Source: Phyllosticta citribraziliensis
Taxonomy: Eukaryota
Length of the DNA stretch: 64,000 nucleotides
Assembly: GCF_038025025.1 (NCBI RefSeq)
Contig: NW_027117345.1
Location: 1,240,001 to 1,304,000 of the forward strand
Reading direction: 5' to 3'
Position numbers and translations under genes: made by a program. Each line of letters begins with the position of its first letter. The first letter of the stretch is position 1. Positions 26,844 through 36,993 of this stretch are shown piece after piece. Under the pieces are notes generated by a model. That model saw nothing but the letters and a program-made list of their open reading frames with translations. It ran no database searches and was not told the origin of the DNA.

Positions 26844-27200
26844 CGCTGCGTGAGGAGGCTCAGAGACGAACGGCAGACGCAGCGTCGACTCACAAAGCCG
26901 AGTGGTGGGGTTATGCGCCGCGGCGCAACCTGCAGAATGTCGCAACGGGAACCAGGTCGGACAAAGCGGGAGGTGGGTGGGAACAAGTCGTAAAGATAGG
27001 TCTTGGGAATTATGTTCGAGACCGGAGGGAGAGGGCGGATGTAGGGAAGTCCTGGAGGGTCCAGCCGCAAAAACCACGACCGACTTGGTTGAACAATTCC
27101 CGTCTGGGCCAGTCCAGTCACATGCGGCGCCCAAGTCTAGGTCGCACCTCCGCCTCCCACCACCACTGACGCACCTTGCTGACTCCATTGACTAAACACC

Positions 27201-28679
27201 ATGGCCGACCCGCTCTACGACCTCTTGGCCCCCTATTTCGACGCCAGCGATGTCTCCGCCAGGCCCATACCCGCCGCCAATGACCCCACTACCACCGCCT
27301 ACCTTGGCCGTCTCTCGACCCTATCTCTCTCCTCGCTGAGCTCCTCCGAACCGCACTCCCTCGCCCAAAGTTCTGCCTCCGTCGTCCGAAACCTGCAATC
27401 CCTCTCCAAGCGCTCCCACAAATCCATAATATCATCTTCCACGCGGCTGAACACTCTCTCCACAACCCTCCCGCAGTTGGCCACCCACACCGCCGAGCTC
27501 CAAGATGCGCTCCCCTTGCTCGAAAGCTCCAGCGAGGAATTCGAGAAGACATATGGCCGGAATAGCGAAAATGAAATTCTCGACAGGCGGCGAAAGGCCA
27601 TGCTGCTCGCGCGCAACGTGGACCGCGTCGCCGACATACTAGAACTGCCCACGTTGCTCTCGTCTGCAATATCGTCTGCCGGCGGCGCGACGCAAGGTGC
27701 AGGGACCGCGGGGACGAGCGGTCTCAGCAGCGCCAACTACACATCTGCACTAGACCTCCACGCCCACATCAAGCGCTTGCACACGCTGTACCCCAATGTT
27801 GGACTGGTCAGGGAGATTGCGGCGCAAGCGGAGCAAGAGATGAAGGGCATGGCCACGAACCTTGTCGCTAGCCTTCAAGGGCAGGGCATCAAGCTCGCAG
27901 GGGCAATGCGCACAATCGGTTGGCTTCGGCGCGTCGCCCCAGAGCTCGACCAGGCCTGGAGCGCATCGGCAAAGACCAAGAGCATCGGCACCAACGAGGG
28001 GGCGCTCGGCGCTCTGTTCCTCGTCTGCCGTCTTGCAAATCTGCTCGCCATGCTCGAGGCACTCGACCCGCTGCGGGAGCTGGCCGACCAGGAGACGGCG
28101 CGGAGGGTGAATGGCGAGACGGGCAAGGACACGTGGGCGGGAGGCCAGCAGACGGAGCGCTATCTGAAGAGGTACCTCGAGATTTTCCGCGAGCAGAGCT
28201 TCGCCATCATCTCAATGTACAAGAGCATCTTTCCCTCCGCGCTGCCCGCGCCCGGTGCGTCGGGCGATGAGAGCGGTGCAGGCCGGCCTGCCGTTGGAGA
28301 CGATCAGCTCCAGCCACTTCCATCTGCCCTCGCTACTTTCCCGCATCACCTTGTGGAGCTTCTCAGCGAGACCTTGCGCAAATATCTCCCAAACGTCCAG
28401 GATAAGTCTTCGCGGGACTCGTTGCTGACGCAGGTGCTGTACTGTGCCGGCAGTCTGGGGCGCTTAGGCGGCGACTTCGGCATGTTGCTCGCGCTTTTGC
28501 GTGACGAGCTTGGTGGAGACGACGACAGTGACGAAGAGGAAGGCGAGGAGGAATGGGTAGAGGTCATGAAGAAGCATCGGGTGCAGGCGAGCCGGTTAGA
28601 GCTGCTTGCAAGCGGCGTCGGAGCTGGCAGAAGAGATTCGCGGGACTCGCAGCACAAGGAGGTTTCCGCTGCAGGCTGA
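27201..28679 (+). CDS. COG8: Conserved oligomeric Golgi complex subunit 8 (Dor1 family), 492 aa
   Basis: Single exon. AYLGRLSTL, DILELPTLL, NYTSALDLHAHI, YLKRYLEIFREQSFAIISMYKSIF, SLLTQVLYCAGSLGRLGGDF. Confidence 0.92.
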   Translation: MADPLYDLLAPYFDASDVSARPIPAANDPTTTAYLGRLSTLSLSSLSSSEPHSLAQSSASVVRNLQSLSKRSHKSIISSSTRLNTLSTTLPQLATHTAELQDALPLLESSSEEFEKTYGRNSENEILDRRRKAMLLARNVDRVADILELPTLLSSAISSAGGATQGAGTAGTSGLSSANYTSALDLHAHIKRLHTLYPNVGLVREIAAQAEQEMKGMATNLVASLQGQGIKLAGAMRTIGWLRRVAPELDQAWSASAKTKSIGTNEGALGALFLVCRLANLLAMLEALDPLRELADQETARRVNGETGKDTWAGGQQTERYLKRYLEIFREQSFAIISMYKSIFPSALPAPGASGDESGAGRPAVGDDQLQPLPSALATFPHHLVELLSETLRKYLPNVQDKSSRDSLLTQVLYCAGSLGRLGGDFGMLLALLRDELGGDDDSDEEEGEEEWVEVMKKHRVQASRLELLASGVGAGRRDSRDSQHKEVSAAG

Positions 28680-28966
28680 AAGACTGCCACGATTGATGGT
28701 AGCGTCATTCTCCCTGTTGGTCCTAAAGCTATGATATCCCGGGCGAGAGCTCCAGAAGCGAAGACGATGCACGAAGTCACGAAAGGGTTTGGAAGTTGGA
28801 CCAGAAACTGGCCCAGCGCGATGTGGATCGATTGCGAGGACGTTACTCTAGTATCTAGGTAGACTCCATGGAACCAAGAGAAGAAGTCGTGGGAAGGAGG
28901 AATGCCATCAAAAGGCAGAACCTTCCCCCCAATCGTTTGTCCACATCTCTCCAAGCGCGAGCAACT

Positions 28967-29612
28967 CTACGCCTGCACCGCCATCCCCTCCAAATCGACC
29001 TGCGCACCGCCAAAGCGATGAAGATCATGCCTCGCATCCGTAGCCTCACCATCACCCTCAGCAGCAGCAGCAGCATCAACATCCATTTCTCCCTCGTCGA
29101 CAGGGCCCAAGCACTCCCTCACAATGGCGAGCAGCTCCTCCTGCTGGGCCTCGTCGTAGCGGCTGTCCAGCTCCTCCATGATGGTGTCGAGCTCGGCCAG
29201 CGACTTGGGCCGCAGGTTGAAAATCATGAGCAGCTCGGCCTTTTCGATGGCGAAGCCGGCCGCCTTGGCGCGCGTGAAGAGCGCCCGGTACGCGGCGCTG
29301 CTGTAGCGGCCGCGCGCCGCGGAGGAGAGTGGCGAGCTCGCGGCTGTGAGTTGCGATTCGACCTGTGTGGTGTGAACGTTGGTTCAGGGGTTGGAAGGCT
29401 GAGGAGGAAGGGGAGGAGGAAGGGGAGGAGGAAGGCTTGGGAGAGGTGGAGGTGGAGGCACGTACGTCGGTCAGGATGCGGTTGAGGTTGGCAGGCATGG
29501 GACGCGCGCGTCCGGTGCCGTCGGTGCCTTCGTACTCGGCTTTTTGCTCGCGCACGATGTTGAGGACTTCCCAGTTGCTAAGGACTGAAGATGACTTTTC
29601 GAGGATCTTCAT
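28967..29612 (-). CDS. RPC17: RNA polymerase III subunit RPC17/RPC9 (Rpb4 family), ~180 aa
   Basis: Exons 29612-29466 and 29362-28967. MKILE..VLSNWEVL and EKAELLMIFNLRP..AELDTIMEELDSRY..QEELL motifs. Confidence 0.88.
29401..29435. repeat. 12-bp tandem repeat (GAGGAGGAAGGG) x3 inside the RPC17 intron
   Basis: gaggaggaaggg gaggaggaaggg gaggaggaagg read directly. Confidence 0.8.
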
Positions 29613-31192
29613 GGTTGGAAGAGGACCGGGGGCTTAGGCGATGACGAGGTGTTTCTTTGGCGATTGGTGATGTTGGATTGACTGCGTGGGACGCTGTCGA
29701 GAGGCTCTGTAGAAAGTGTTAGGAAGAGCTGTTTGAGGAATGAAAGCATGTTGCCTGATTGAATGTTTTAGACGAGAGTGTGTGTGGATGGACTGGGAGA
29801 GGCTCGCCACAACAATCATAACAACTGTGAGAGATCTGATATGAAAGCGAATGGCAGCATATTGGGTTGCTGCCTCCACTCCTTGGCTTTGGCGCAGGCA
29901 GATTCCAAGAGGAAAGGAGGAGAAAGATAGAAGAGGCGAAGAAAAGTTGTAGAAAGAAGCAACATTTCGGAAGGGCCCCAGTACGTTCAAACATACCTTG
30001 CTCTCTCCTCAAAGGCTCTAAGTCTGCCAGATTCCGCGACACTCTAATGCAGACTCAAAGCCGTGCTGACGGAAAAGAAAGAAATTTCCAAAGTGTTCAG
30101 CAGTCGACGAACAGTAGATGACGCGGTGAAATTTCTGCAGCACAGAAGTCGCTCAATAAATAAGTGATCTGGCTGCGTTGTGATGAAGTCGGCGTTGGAA
30201 GAAAAACATGAGAGAGTCGACCACACGGGTCGGCGGCGATCCGATGTCTGGTTTGGTGTTGAAGGCGGAGGGCGAGTCAAATGGCAAGCTGAGCCGAGAG
30301 CCGGTTCAGTTTGGGAGTTTGTAGCCGGAGTTTCGACGACCTTCCCCAACCTCACCTCTTCTCTTCTCCGACCTGTCAATCCAACCACTGCCTCCATGCG
30401 TATGAATCTTTCGTGGACTTGCCCGCATTCATTGCCGTCGCTATGATCTTTCGCTAGTGCTGTGACGACAGGCTCTCTGGTGCCCTCTTCGCTCTGTGGA
30501 GCCCCTCCGTCACGCTTCAATTTGTCGCCGTTGCCAGAGTCCACTTCCGTCGCTCTTCGCCATCATCAAGACTCCAGGCGCTTTCCATTTTATCTCATGC
30601 AGCGTACCGATTTTTCCATTTCGCATTTCTTGCACGACTTGAGTGCATTCAAGAGCTTGGACAACATCAGGACGCGAGTACGCGTGCATGCAAAGCATGC
30701 TGAAACAGAAGAGATGGCAAAATCAGAGAAAAGGCTCTGCAATGCCATGTTGGCAAACTTGGGAATTACCCAGGATTTCTGCGGTCATGTTCTAAGATGG
30801 CAGTATGGGAAATGACCATCTGGGCGGACTCAGAAAGTGTCAAGGCAGCTTTGTGGTTTGCACTTTACCTGCTTGCGACGCCTGAGGCAGCGGAGGGGCG
30901 AGGGGCCAGGCATGCAGATGCGGTGCGTTGTATCGCGAGAATGGGATGGCGGTGGTCGAGCAAGAGCAAGTGGTGCTGAGGTTGGGACGTAGGGTGTCCG
31001 AGACGGTAAGCCTCAACATATGCAAATTGTGGATGCTGATGAGGCTACAGTAGACTGGGTGAGGTGGCGGGGGCATGGGCGGCGACAGCAACACAAACTA
31101 TCAAGAGGATGGCGACGACGGCGGCGACAACAAACCCAGAGCGGCCCGCCCATAGCAAGTACCGGCAAACCAAGACCGCCTGCGAACTGAGG

Positions 31193-31455
31193 TATATAAA
31201 CTGCAGCCGCGACACCATTCGTATCAGCCGGTTAGCGCAATGGAACAGGACTCAGTCTCAACGCTGTTGCCACCGACACCTTCAAGTGTAAAACCCGAGG
31301 GTGTGTGAGCGTAGGGTTTACGTGGTGCTGGAAGTAATTCCCTAGGCAGCCTAGACTTGAGTTCGACTCCCTCTTGGGGAGGGACGATAGAAGGGTAAGC
31401 GCGTTTCTTTTTGATCTTTCGCGCGATGTCGAGGTTCAATTTTTGTTTCTTGTAG
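31193..31455 (+). ncRNA. Candidate structured non-coding RNA with Pol III-type promoter elements (family unidentified)
   Basis: TATATAAA 31193-31200, A-box-like TAGCGCAATGG 31233-31243, B-box AGTTCGACTCC 31360-31370, T5 runs at 31408 and 31440, five short hairpins. It does not fold as a tRNA. Confidence 0.35.
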
Positions 31456-31709
31456 CTTTTGGCAAAGGAGCGAGCATTCGTTCACCACCACAGCTGCGCT
31501 TAGGGACCTGTCGTCCGCCACCATATTGCGGCTAAGGAGCTATTGCTTTACTCTGTCTACTTTCGTAATTTCTTCTCTTTGGACTACTAGTCTGCCCATG
31601 TCAACGACATCTTTTTCCCTCGTCCTCGATTCAAAACCGAACCTGGCATCCAAGCCATCATCTCTATCCGACATCCCCATGGCCAACTCTCCACTTCGCA
31701 GTGTCCCCT

Positions 31710-32825
31710 CTACTCTTTTCCTGTGCCGCTCGTCTCCTGATTACAATCACTTGTACCGTCCTCCTTCCTCTTCTCTCTTCCCCGGCGCTCCACAGCCGCA
31801 ACTGTCTGGGCAGCCGAGACAGCCGCAGGCGACACGCCGCAACCCGCCCACATGGCATACCACGCAGCCTCGACCTCCGCATTGCCGGCGACAACTGAAC
31901 CCTGCTTCCCCGCATTCTGCTCGCCCTCCCTCTGGACTTTTTCGATGGCGGCGGCGCGCCGTGCTTCCGCCTGGGCGAAGAGCGCGGTGCGCGTGGCTGT
32001 CATGGAAGCGAGCATGTCGGCCGTGGGGCGTAGGTGGGCCGCTCCTGTTGCAGGTGCTTCTCCACCACCACCGGTTGCTGGTGCCGCTGCTGCTGCCGCT
32101 GCAGTGGGAGAAGCGTGAGGGTGTAGAGGTAGCGCTTGTTCAGGCGAGCGGTGATGCTCTGCTGGCGTGGAAGTTGGTGCATGAGGCTGGAATGGTGGCG
32201 GAGTTGCTGCTGCTGCGTGGGCATCGGCCCGTACAGCGTGATGGTGAGGACGGCCGTGAGGATGCGCGAGCAGCAGGTCGATGGGCAGAGATGGCGGAGT
32301 TGGAGAGGCGAAGCGTCCGTGGTGGTGATGGTGCTGTGCGAGAATTGGTAGGGCTCCAGGCGCTGCCGGGAGTCTGTGGTGTGGGTGCTGACCATGTGGG
32401 AGCACAGGTCGTGCGTGGCCTGGGTTAGAGTACTGGTGATGGTGGATAGACGGATTCGGCGTCGTGGTCATGCCGGGATGGCTACGCATAGCAGCCGCCA
32501 TGCCGCTCGGCAGGCTTTGGTAATCGGTCGGAGCTGGTTGCTGTTGGCCGTTGGTGTCCCGCGATGGCGACATGATGGCATGGCGTGGTTCCCACCTGGC
32601 GTTGGTCGCAAACGAGGCAGGATTGACGAAATGAGTCTCGGTCTTTAGGGTGGGCGTGTAGCAGTAGGCGCAACGCAGGCCGTTGTGCTCAGCCTGGGGC
32701 GGAGGACCGTCGGCTCTGGTGTTGTTTGGGCAATTGACGGTGCCGGCGAGCGTGTTGGAGCAGCGCTGGCCGCGGGATTGTGAGCGGCCGCAGATGTTGC
32801 AGGTCCAGTGGTAGGTCCTGCACAT
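31710..32825 (-). CDS. Hypothetical protein with Cys-rich (putative Zn-binding) N-terminus and His/Pro/Ala low-complexity body, 371 aa
   Basis: ATG-started uninterrupted ORF in good context (GCAATG). MC-x6-C-x2-CG-x8-C-x9-C...C-x2-C pattern. No family recognised. Confidence 0.6.
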   Translation of the reverse strand: MCRTYHWTCNICGRSQSRGQRCSNTLAGTVNCPNNTRADGPPPQAEHNGLRCAYCYTPTLKTETHFVNPASFATNARWEPRHAIMSPSRDTNGQQQPAPTDYQSLPSGMAAAMRSHPGMTTTPNPSIHHHQYSNPGHARPVLPHGQHPHHRLPAAPGALPILAQHHHHHGRFASPTPPSLPIDLLLAHPHGRPHHHAVRADAHAAAATPPPFQPHAPTSTPAEHHRSPEQALPLHPHASPTAAAAAAAPATGGGGEAPATGAAHLRPTADMLASMTATRTALFAQAEARRAAAIEKVQREGEQNAGKQGSVVAGNAEVEAAWYAMWAGCGVSPAAVSAAQTVAAVERRGREKRKEDGTSDCNQETSGTGKE

Positions 32826-33702
32826 TGCTGCTGGTGTCGACGACGACGACGGCGGCGGCGGCCATGGTCAAAAGGGTGAGAGCGGCCATATTTGAGGGCA
32901 TTCTGGATAAAGGAAAAGAGGCAAGATTGATGGAAGCTTGGTTTCCTCATTGGGCATTGTGCTGGAGATGCGAGACACGGAGAAGGTGGATTGATGGCAA
33001 GCAAATGGAACTTTTTTGCATTTTTACAAACATCAATGGCGGGCTGGACCGGGAGACAAAGGAAGAGCCGGAGGACGACGTCATGCAGCACGAGATGTTC
33101 ACGCTGGCAATTGGCGGGGGATCTCAGGGAGGGACATGGAGGGCGTCGAGCAGGGTGTGGCGCACGCGTCGCGCGCAGACAGGGTCGCGTCGGGTCGGGT
33201 CAGCAGCGAGGCCTACCGTACACACATACTGTACCTTAGGCAGGCAGACGGGAGGATAGCGGCGGCAAGAGTAGGACCGAGACGACCTGAGACGGGCTGA
33301 GTTGGTTGTTGTACTGTAGAGGTAGACCGGGATGCGGACGGATGATTGTTGTGACTTGGAGCGGGAGAGCGACCGGACGCCAATTGCTGGGCTCCACGGC
33401 CTCTCTGCCACCCCGCCAGCTCATCCCGGCCGCCAGCGGTCTCGACTCGTCCATTGCATTGCCTGCCTGCTGCCTCATCCCACCGTTCCCCATTCGCTCG
33501 ACCTCCCAGTGCATTTTATTCCCTCCTCTCCACGTCGTCCATCCATCCAATCCTCCACTCCCGCTCCATCTCCATCGCCTCCTCCGCCGGCCGGTCGCTC
33601 CGTGTCTTCTCTTCTGCCTCCGGCCCACCTACTTCACTTCCTTCACGTCGCACACGGCCCGTGACGTCGCTCTCGCTCTCCCTCTCCTCTCATTCATTGC
33701 CC

Positions 33703-33764
33703 ATCGCATCGCATCGCATCGCGTCGCGTCGCGCCCTGCGTCCAGTCTGCGTCCAGTCTGCGTC
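33703..33764. repeat. (ATCGC/GTCGC)n pentamer run followed by an 11-bp direct repeat (CTGCGTCCAGT) x2
   Basis: Read directly, upstream of the ATG at 33886. Confidence 0.7.
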
Positions 33765-33885
33765 TTGGCCCACCCGGACACTTCCTCCTTCGGCACCGCA
33801 GTAGCCCGCATTGGCGCCCGCGGCATCCAGTCTGAACCGCTCCAACCGCTCCACCCAGTCTTGCCATATATTTTATTTCCCCTCC

Positions 33886-35861
33886 ATGGATCAGCAGAGC
33901 GTCGCCGGCTTTCCTGATGCGCTGGATCTGCGCCAGTCCCTGCCCCATGACATCGATGAGAGGCCCTCCAAGTCGTCTTCGTCCTTGTTATCTCCACGAG
34001 CCCTGCACTTCGCCTCCCCTGCTCCTCCGGTGCTCGACAAGCATGGGCCATATGCTCACTCCTCCTCGCCGTCTCCGTCGCCGTCCTCACCGTGCAACCT
34101 GCTCCCGCCGCCGTCTCTTCTAGAACCCGCTCCCGACCCATCCTCCGTTCCCGGCCTCGCCCACCAAGCTATCAACACCTCCACCACCTCCACGCCGACT
34201 CTGCTTCTCCCGCGGCCCGACTCTAACCACCTCCACGACCCCCTCGCCGCCAGTCCAGACGCTGCTCACCTCCTTCGCCCATCTCCACATTTTCTGAGAG
34301 CGGGGCACGACCTTCGCCTGCCCTCGTTCCAGCTTCTGGGCATAGCCACTCCACATCCTGACCGCCCGCTAGACCCCGACAACAACACGGACTGCTGCTC
34401 CTCGCCACACCAACCACTGCCGCCGCCGACGACGACGACGACTCGACACTCTGATGCCCCGAGCCCCAAGATAGCTCGTGCGCCGCCCTCGTCTGGCGAA
34501 GCGCCTCCAGACCCTCTGCCCACGCCAAACTCTGGCTCTGCGCTCAAGGACCCAAAATTGGGCGATCACCGTGTCGAGCTCCCCACGCCGCCGCCGGACA
34601 CGGGTACCAAGTTTTGGGCCAACAGTTCCCATGTCCGCAACACCCCAATGGACTCCCCAGCGAGGTCAGATCTGGAGAGGTCGTCGCCTGGTTTTGGTTT
34701 CGCGCCCTCGGCCTCGGCCCAGCAATCAACTTCGTCTGCCCATGACCCATCCTTGCCAGACACCAACGGCTTTGGCTGGCTCAACGGGGGCCTGCAGGCC
34801 ATCAGTAAGGCGTGCACTGGTGCTCGTAACTTCTCAAAAATGCTGACTCTGCCCCAGTGGCCGACATGGTGTCCAGTCGCCTGTCAGACAATTCGGTCAA
34901 GGTCCTTTCTCACGCCCTGCCCTGCCCCTCACCCACTGGCCAGGCATTCCCGCATATAATATACGCCATTCACGACACCATTCCACCCGCCTCGACTGTA
35001 TGGATCAATGTCTTCCACGCCGTTCCCGGCCGCTTCAACATGGCCGACCTGCCAATATCGCCACCGACGACGCCCGGCCCCGTCGTCGGCGGCGAGGACT
35101 ATTTCACGTCCAAAGTGTTTGACAGCGCCGTTCCGCTCCACGATCAAGACGGCGACGCCAAAGTCGCCAGAAGCCCTCGTCCGGTCGTGCCACCCGGCAC
35201 CGTCGACGTGTCCATTGTAGAACGATTCATTCCACCGAGCACCTCATCCGAGCTCGCTGGTCTTTTTTCCGCAACGAGTTCGCGTTCCATCCTGCTCGAC
35301 AGGCTCGTGGAGCTGTCTCCCGACAGAGGCACGCTATTGTTCATCTACCCTACCAAGACCGGCGGCAAGGCATTCATGAACTCATATCTTGGTCCCATCC
35401 TCGATCCCATTTTGCGCGCCATGCACGTCGTACACAACCTCTCGGCAGATCTAGGCGCGTCGCTTGGTCACATGGCAGCAGTCGATCATTTGATGGAATT
35501 TGACGAAATGCTGCGGCTTCTTGAGATCTTTGTGCTGCAGCTCAGCGGCGAGAGCAGCACCCTCGACCGCTTCAATCGAGCCCGCGCCACCTTTGCCATT
35601 GTACATGCTGAGAGACAAAGGGTGAAGCTGGACAGGAAGGTATGGGCGTCAGACTGGTGGATCAAGCAAGAAAAGCCCCGAGTGAGGACCGCCATCAGCA
35701 AGTACTTCCGCCTCGCCCAGAAGCTGCCCGCCGACGTGGAGATAATGCCGACCAACTTGATACAAGAGGTACTCGAAGGTGTCGGTACCAAGCCTTATGA
35801 GCATGGAGGGCCCGAGGAGGGAGTTGAAGTCGGCGTCTTTGTGATCCGACGGTCAAGTTGA
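33886..35861 (+). CDS. Conserved uncharacterised fungal protein, ~640 aa (disordered Pro/Ser N-half, globular C-half)
   Basis: Exons 33886-34804 and 34858-35861, intron GTAAGG..GCTGAC..CAG. Motifs DLRLPSF..LGIA, LPTPPP, VLSHALPCP, WINVFHAVP, DYFTSKVF, IVERFIPP, GTLLFIYPTKTGG, YLGPILDPILR. Confidence 0.85.
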
Positions 35862-36697
35862 TGAGCAGACGGAGACGTGACATCAAGGTCAAAGAGGCGG
35901 AACGAATGATGAAAGCTCCCCATCACACCTTCTTGGAGTCTAGACAGGCCGGGGGATTGGTTGTCGGACAAGGAAATATTTTGAGCCGGACACGAGAGTA
36001 ACAAAGGTCCAGCAGGGATTTGATCGGAGCGTGGGGGGACACCCAAGGTTGTCGGAAGGCGAGCCGCACTCCGACGAAAGATATCCAATCTCTTCATCCT
36101 AGGGATATGCTACCTTATTCTTTGAGACAAGTCGACTCATGAAGTGGCTAGATCATGGACAAGCGGACCGATCAGAGGGCAACAGGAGGCTGGGAATCCA
36201 ACAACTATCAAGGCTGCACTATAGCTTGCTACTTGCGAGCACAACGACTTGTCAATGGCAGCTGATCCTCGACGCTCGAGTCATGAACCTGCCTAGCCAA
36301 GGATTTTTACCTCCAAGGCACACGAGGGGCACAAACGAAGACACAAGACGGAATACGCGGTGCGACGCGTGGTGCGGGTCTCGAGCGGCATCGATCACGG
36401 CTGCCGTCCGTCGTGGCTGGCTCTTGGACGAGTCGCATGGGCACGGCACTACTATCATGGATGGGACCGGCGGGGCCTGGCCTGACTTGGCCTGGTCTGG
36501 CCTTACATACGACGGGCACAGTCGCATGGTGTGGTAGTGGTGGTGGTGGCAGGGATGAATGACAGGCACTGAATTGGATCGGTGATGGACATAATCGGGT
36601 AGATCAAGGTGACAGCGGCAAGGAAGCAAAGGAAGTGCGCGGCGCGCGCGAACGAAAAACACACCACCACACCAATGGCCCCTGCCCTTTTCAAAAT

Positions 36698-36723
36698 CAC
36701 ACACACACACACACACACACACA
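36698..36723. repeat. (CA)13 microsatellite
   Basis: Read directly. Confidence 0.95.
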
Positions 36724-36965
36724 TAAAAGAAAAACTTTGTTTACCTCGCGTTGCCTTGGTCGCTGTTTCTGCGATGCTTTCTCTTCCCGTCTCTCTCTCG
36801 CGCTCTCGCTCTCGTGGAATGCGTCTGGCCAACCAAGATAACCACGACCTAGTGAAGCAGTTGCCGCCATTCGTGTTTTCGGCGCGTCGTCCGTCCACAC
36901 ACAGAGCTGCCCTGGGTCTGATTAAGGTTACGCACCCACGTGTGCCTGAATTGACTTTTATGCCT

Positions 36966-36993
36966 GCCCTGCCCTGCCCTGCCCTGCCCTGCC
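36966..36993. repeat. (GCCCT)5 microsatellite
   Basis: Read directly. Confidence 0.9.

Noticed and set aside
31226..31385. Intron-containing tRNA gene
   Set aside because: A- and B-boxes are present, but the acceptor, D and T stems do not base-pair. Kept only as an unidentified ncRNA candidate.
31526..32428. 300-aa + strand ORF
   Set aside because: TTG start, antisense to the ATG-started 371-aa ORF, no recognisable domain.
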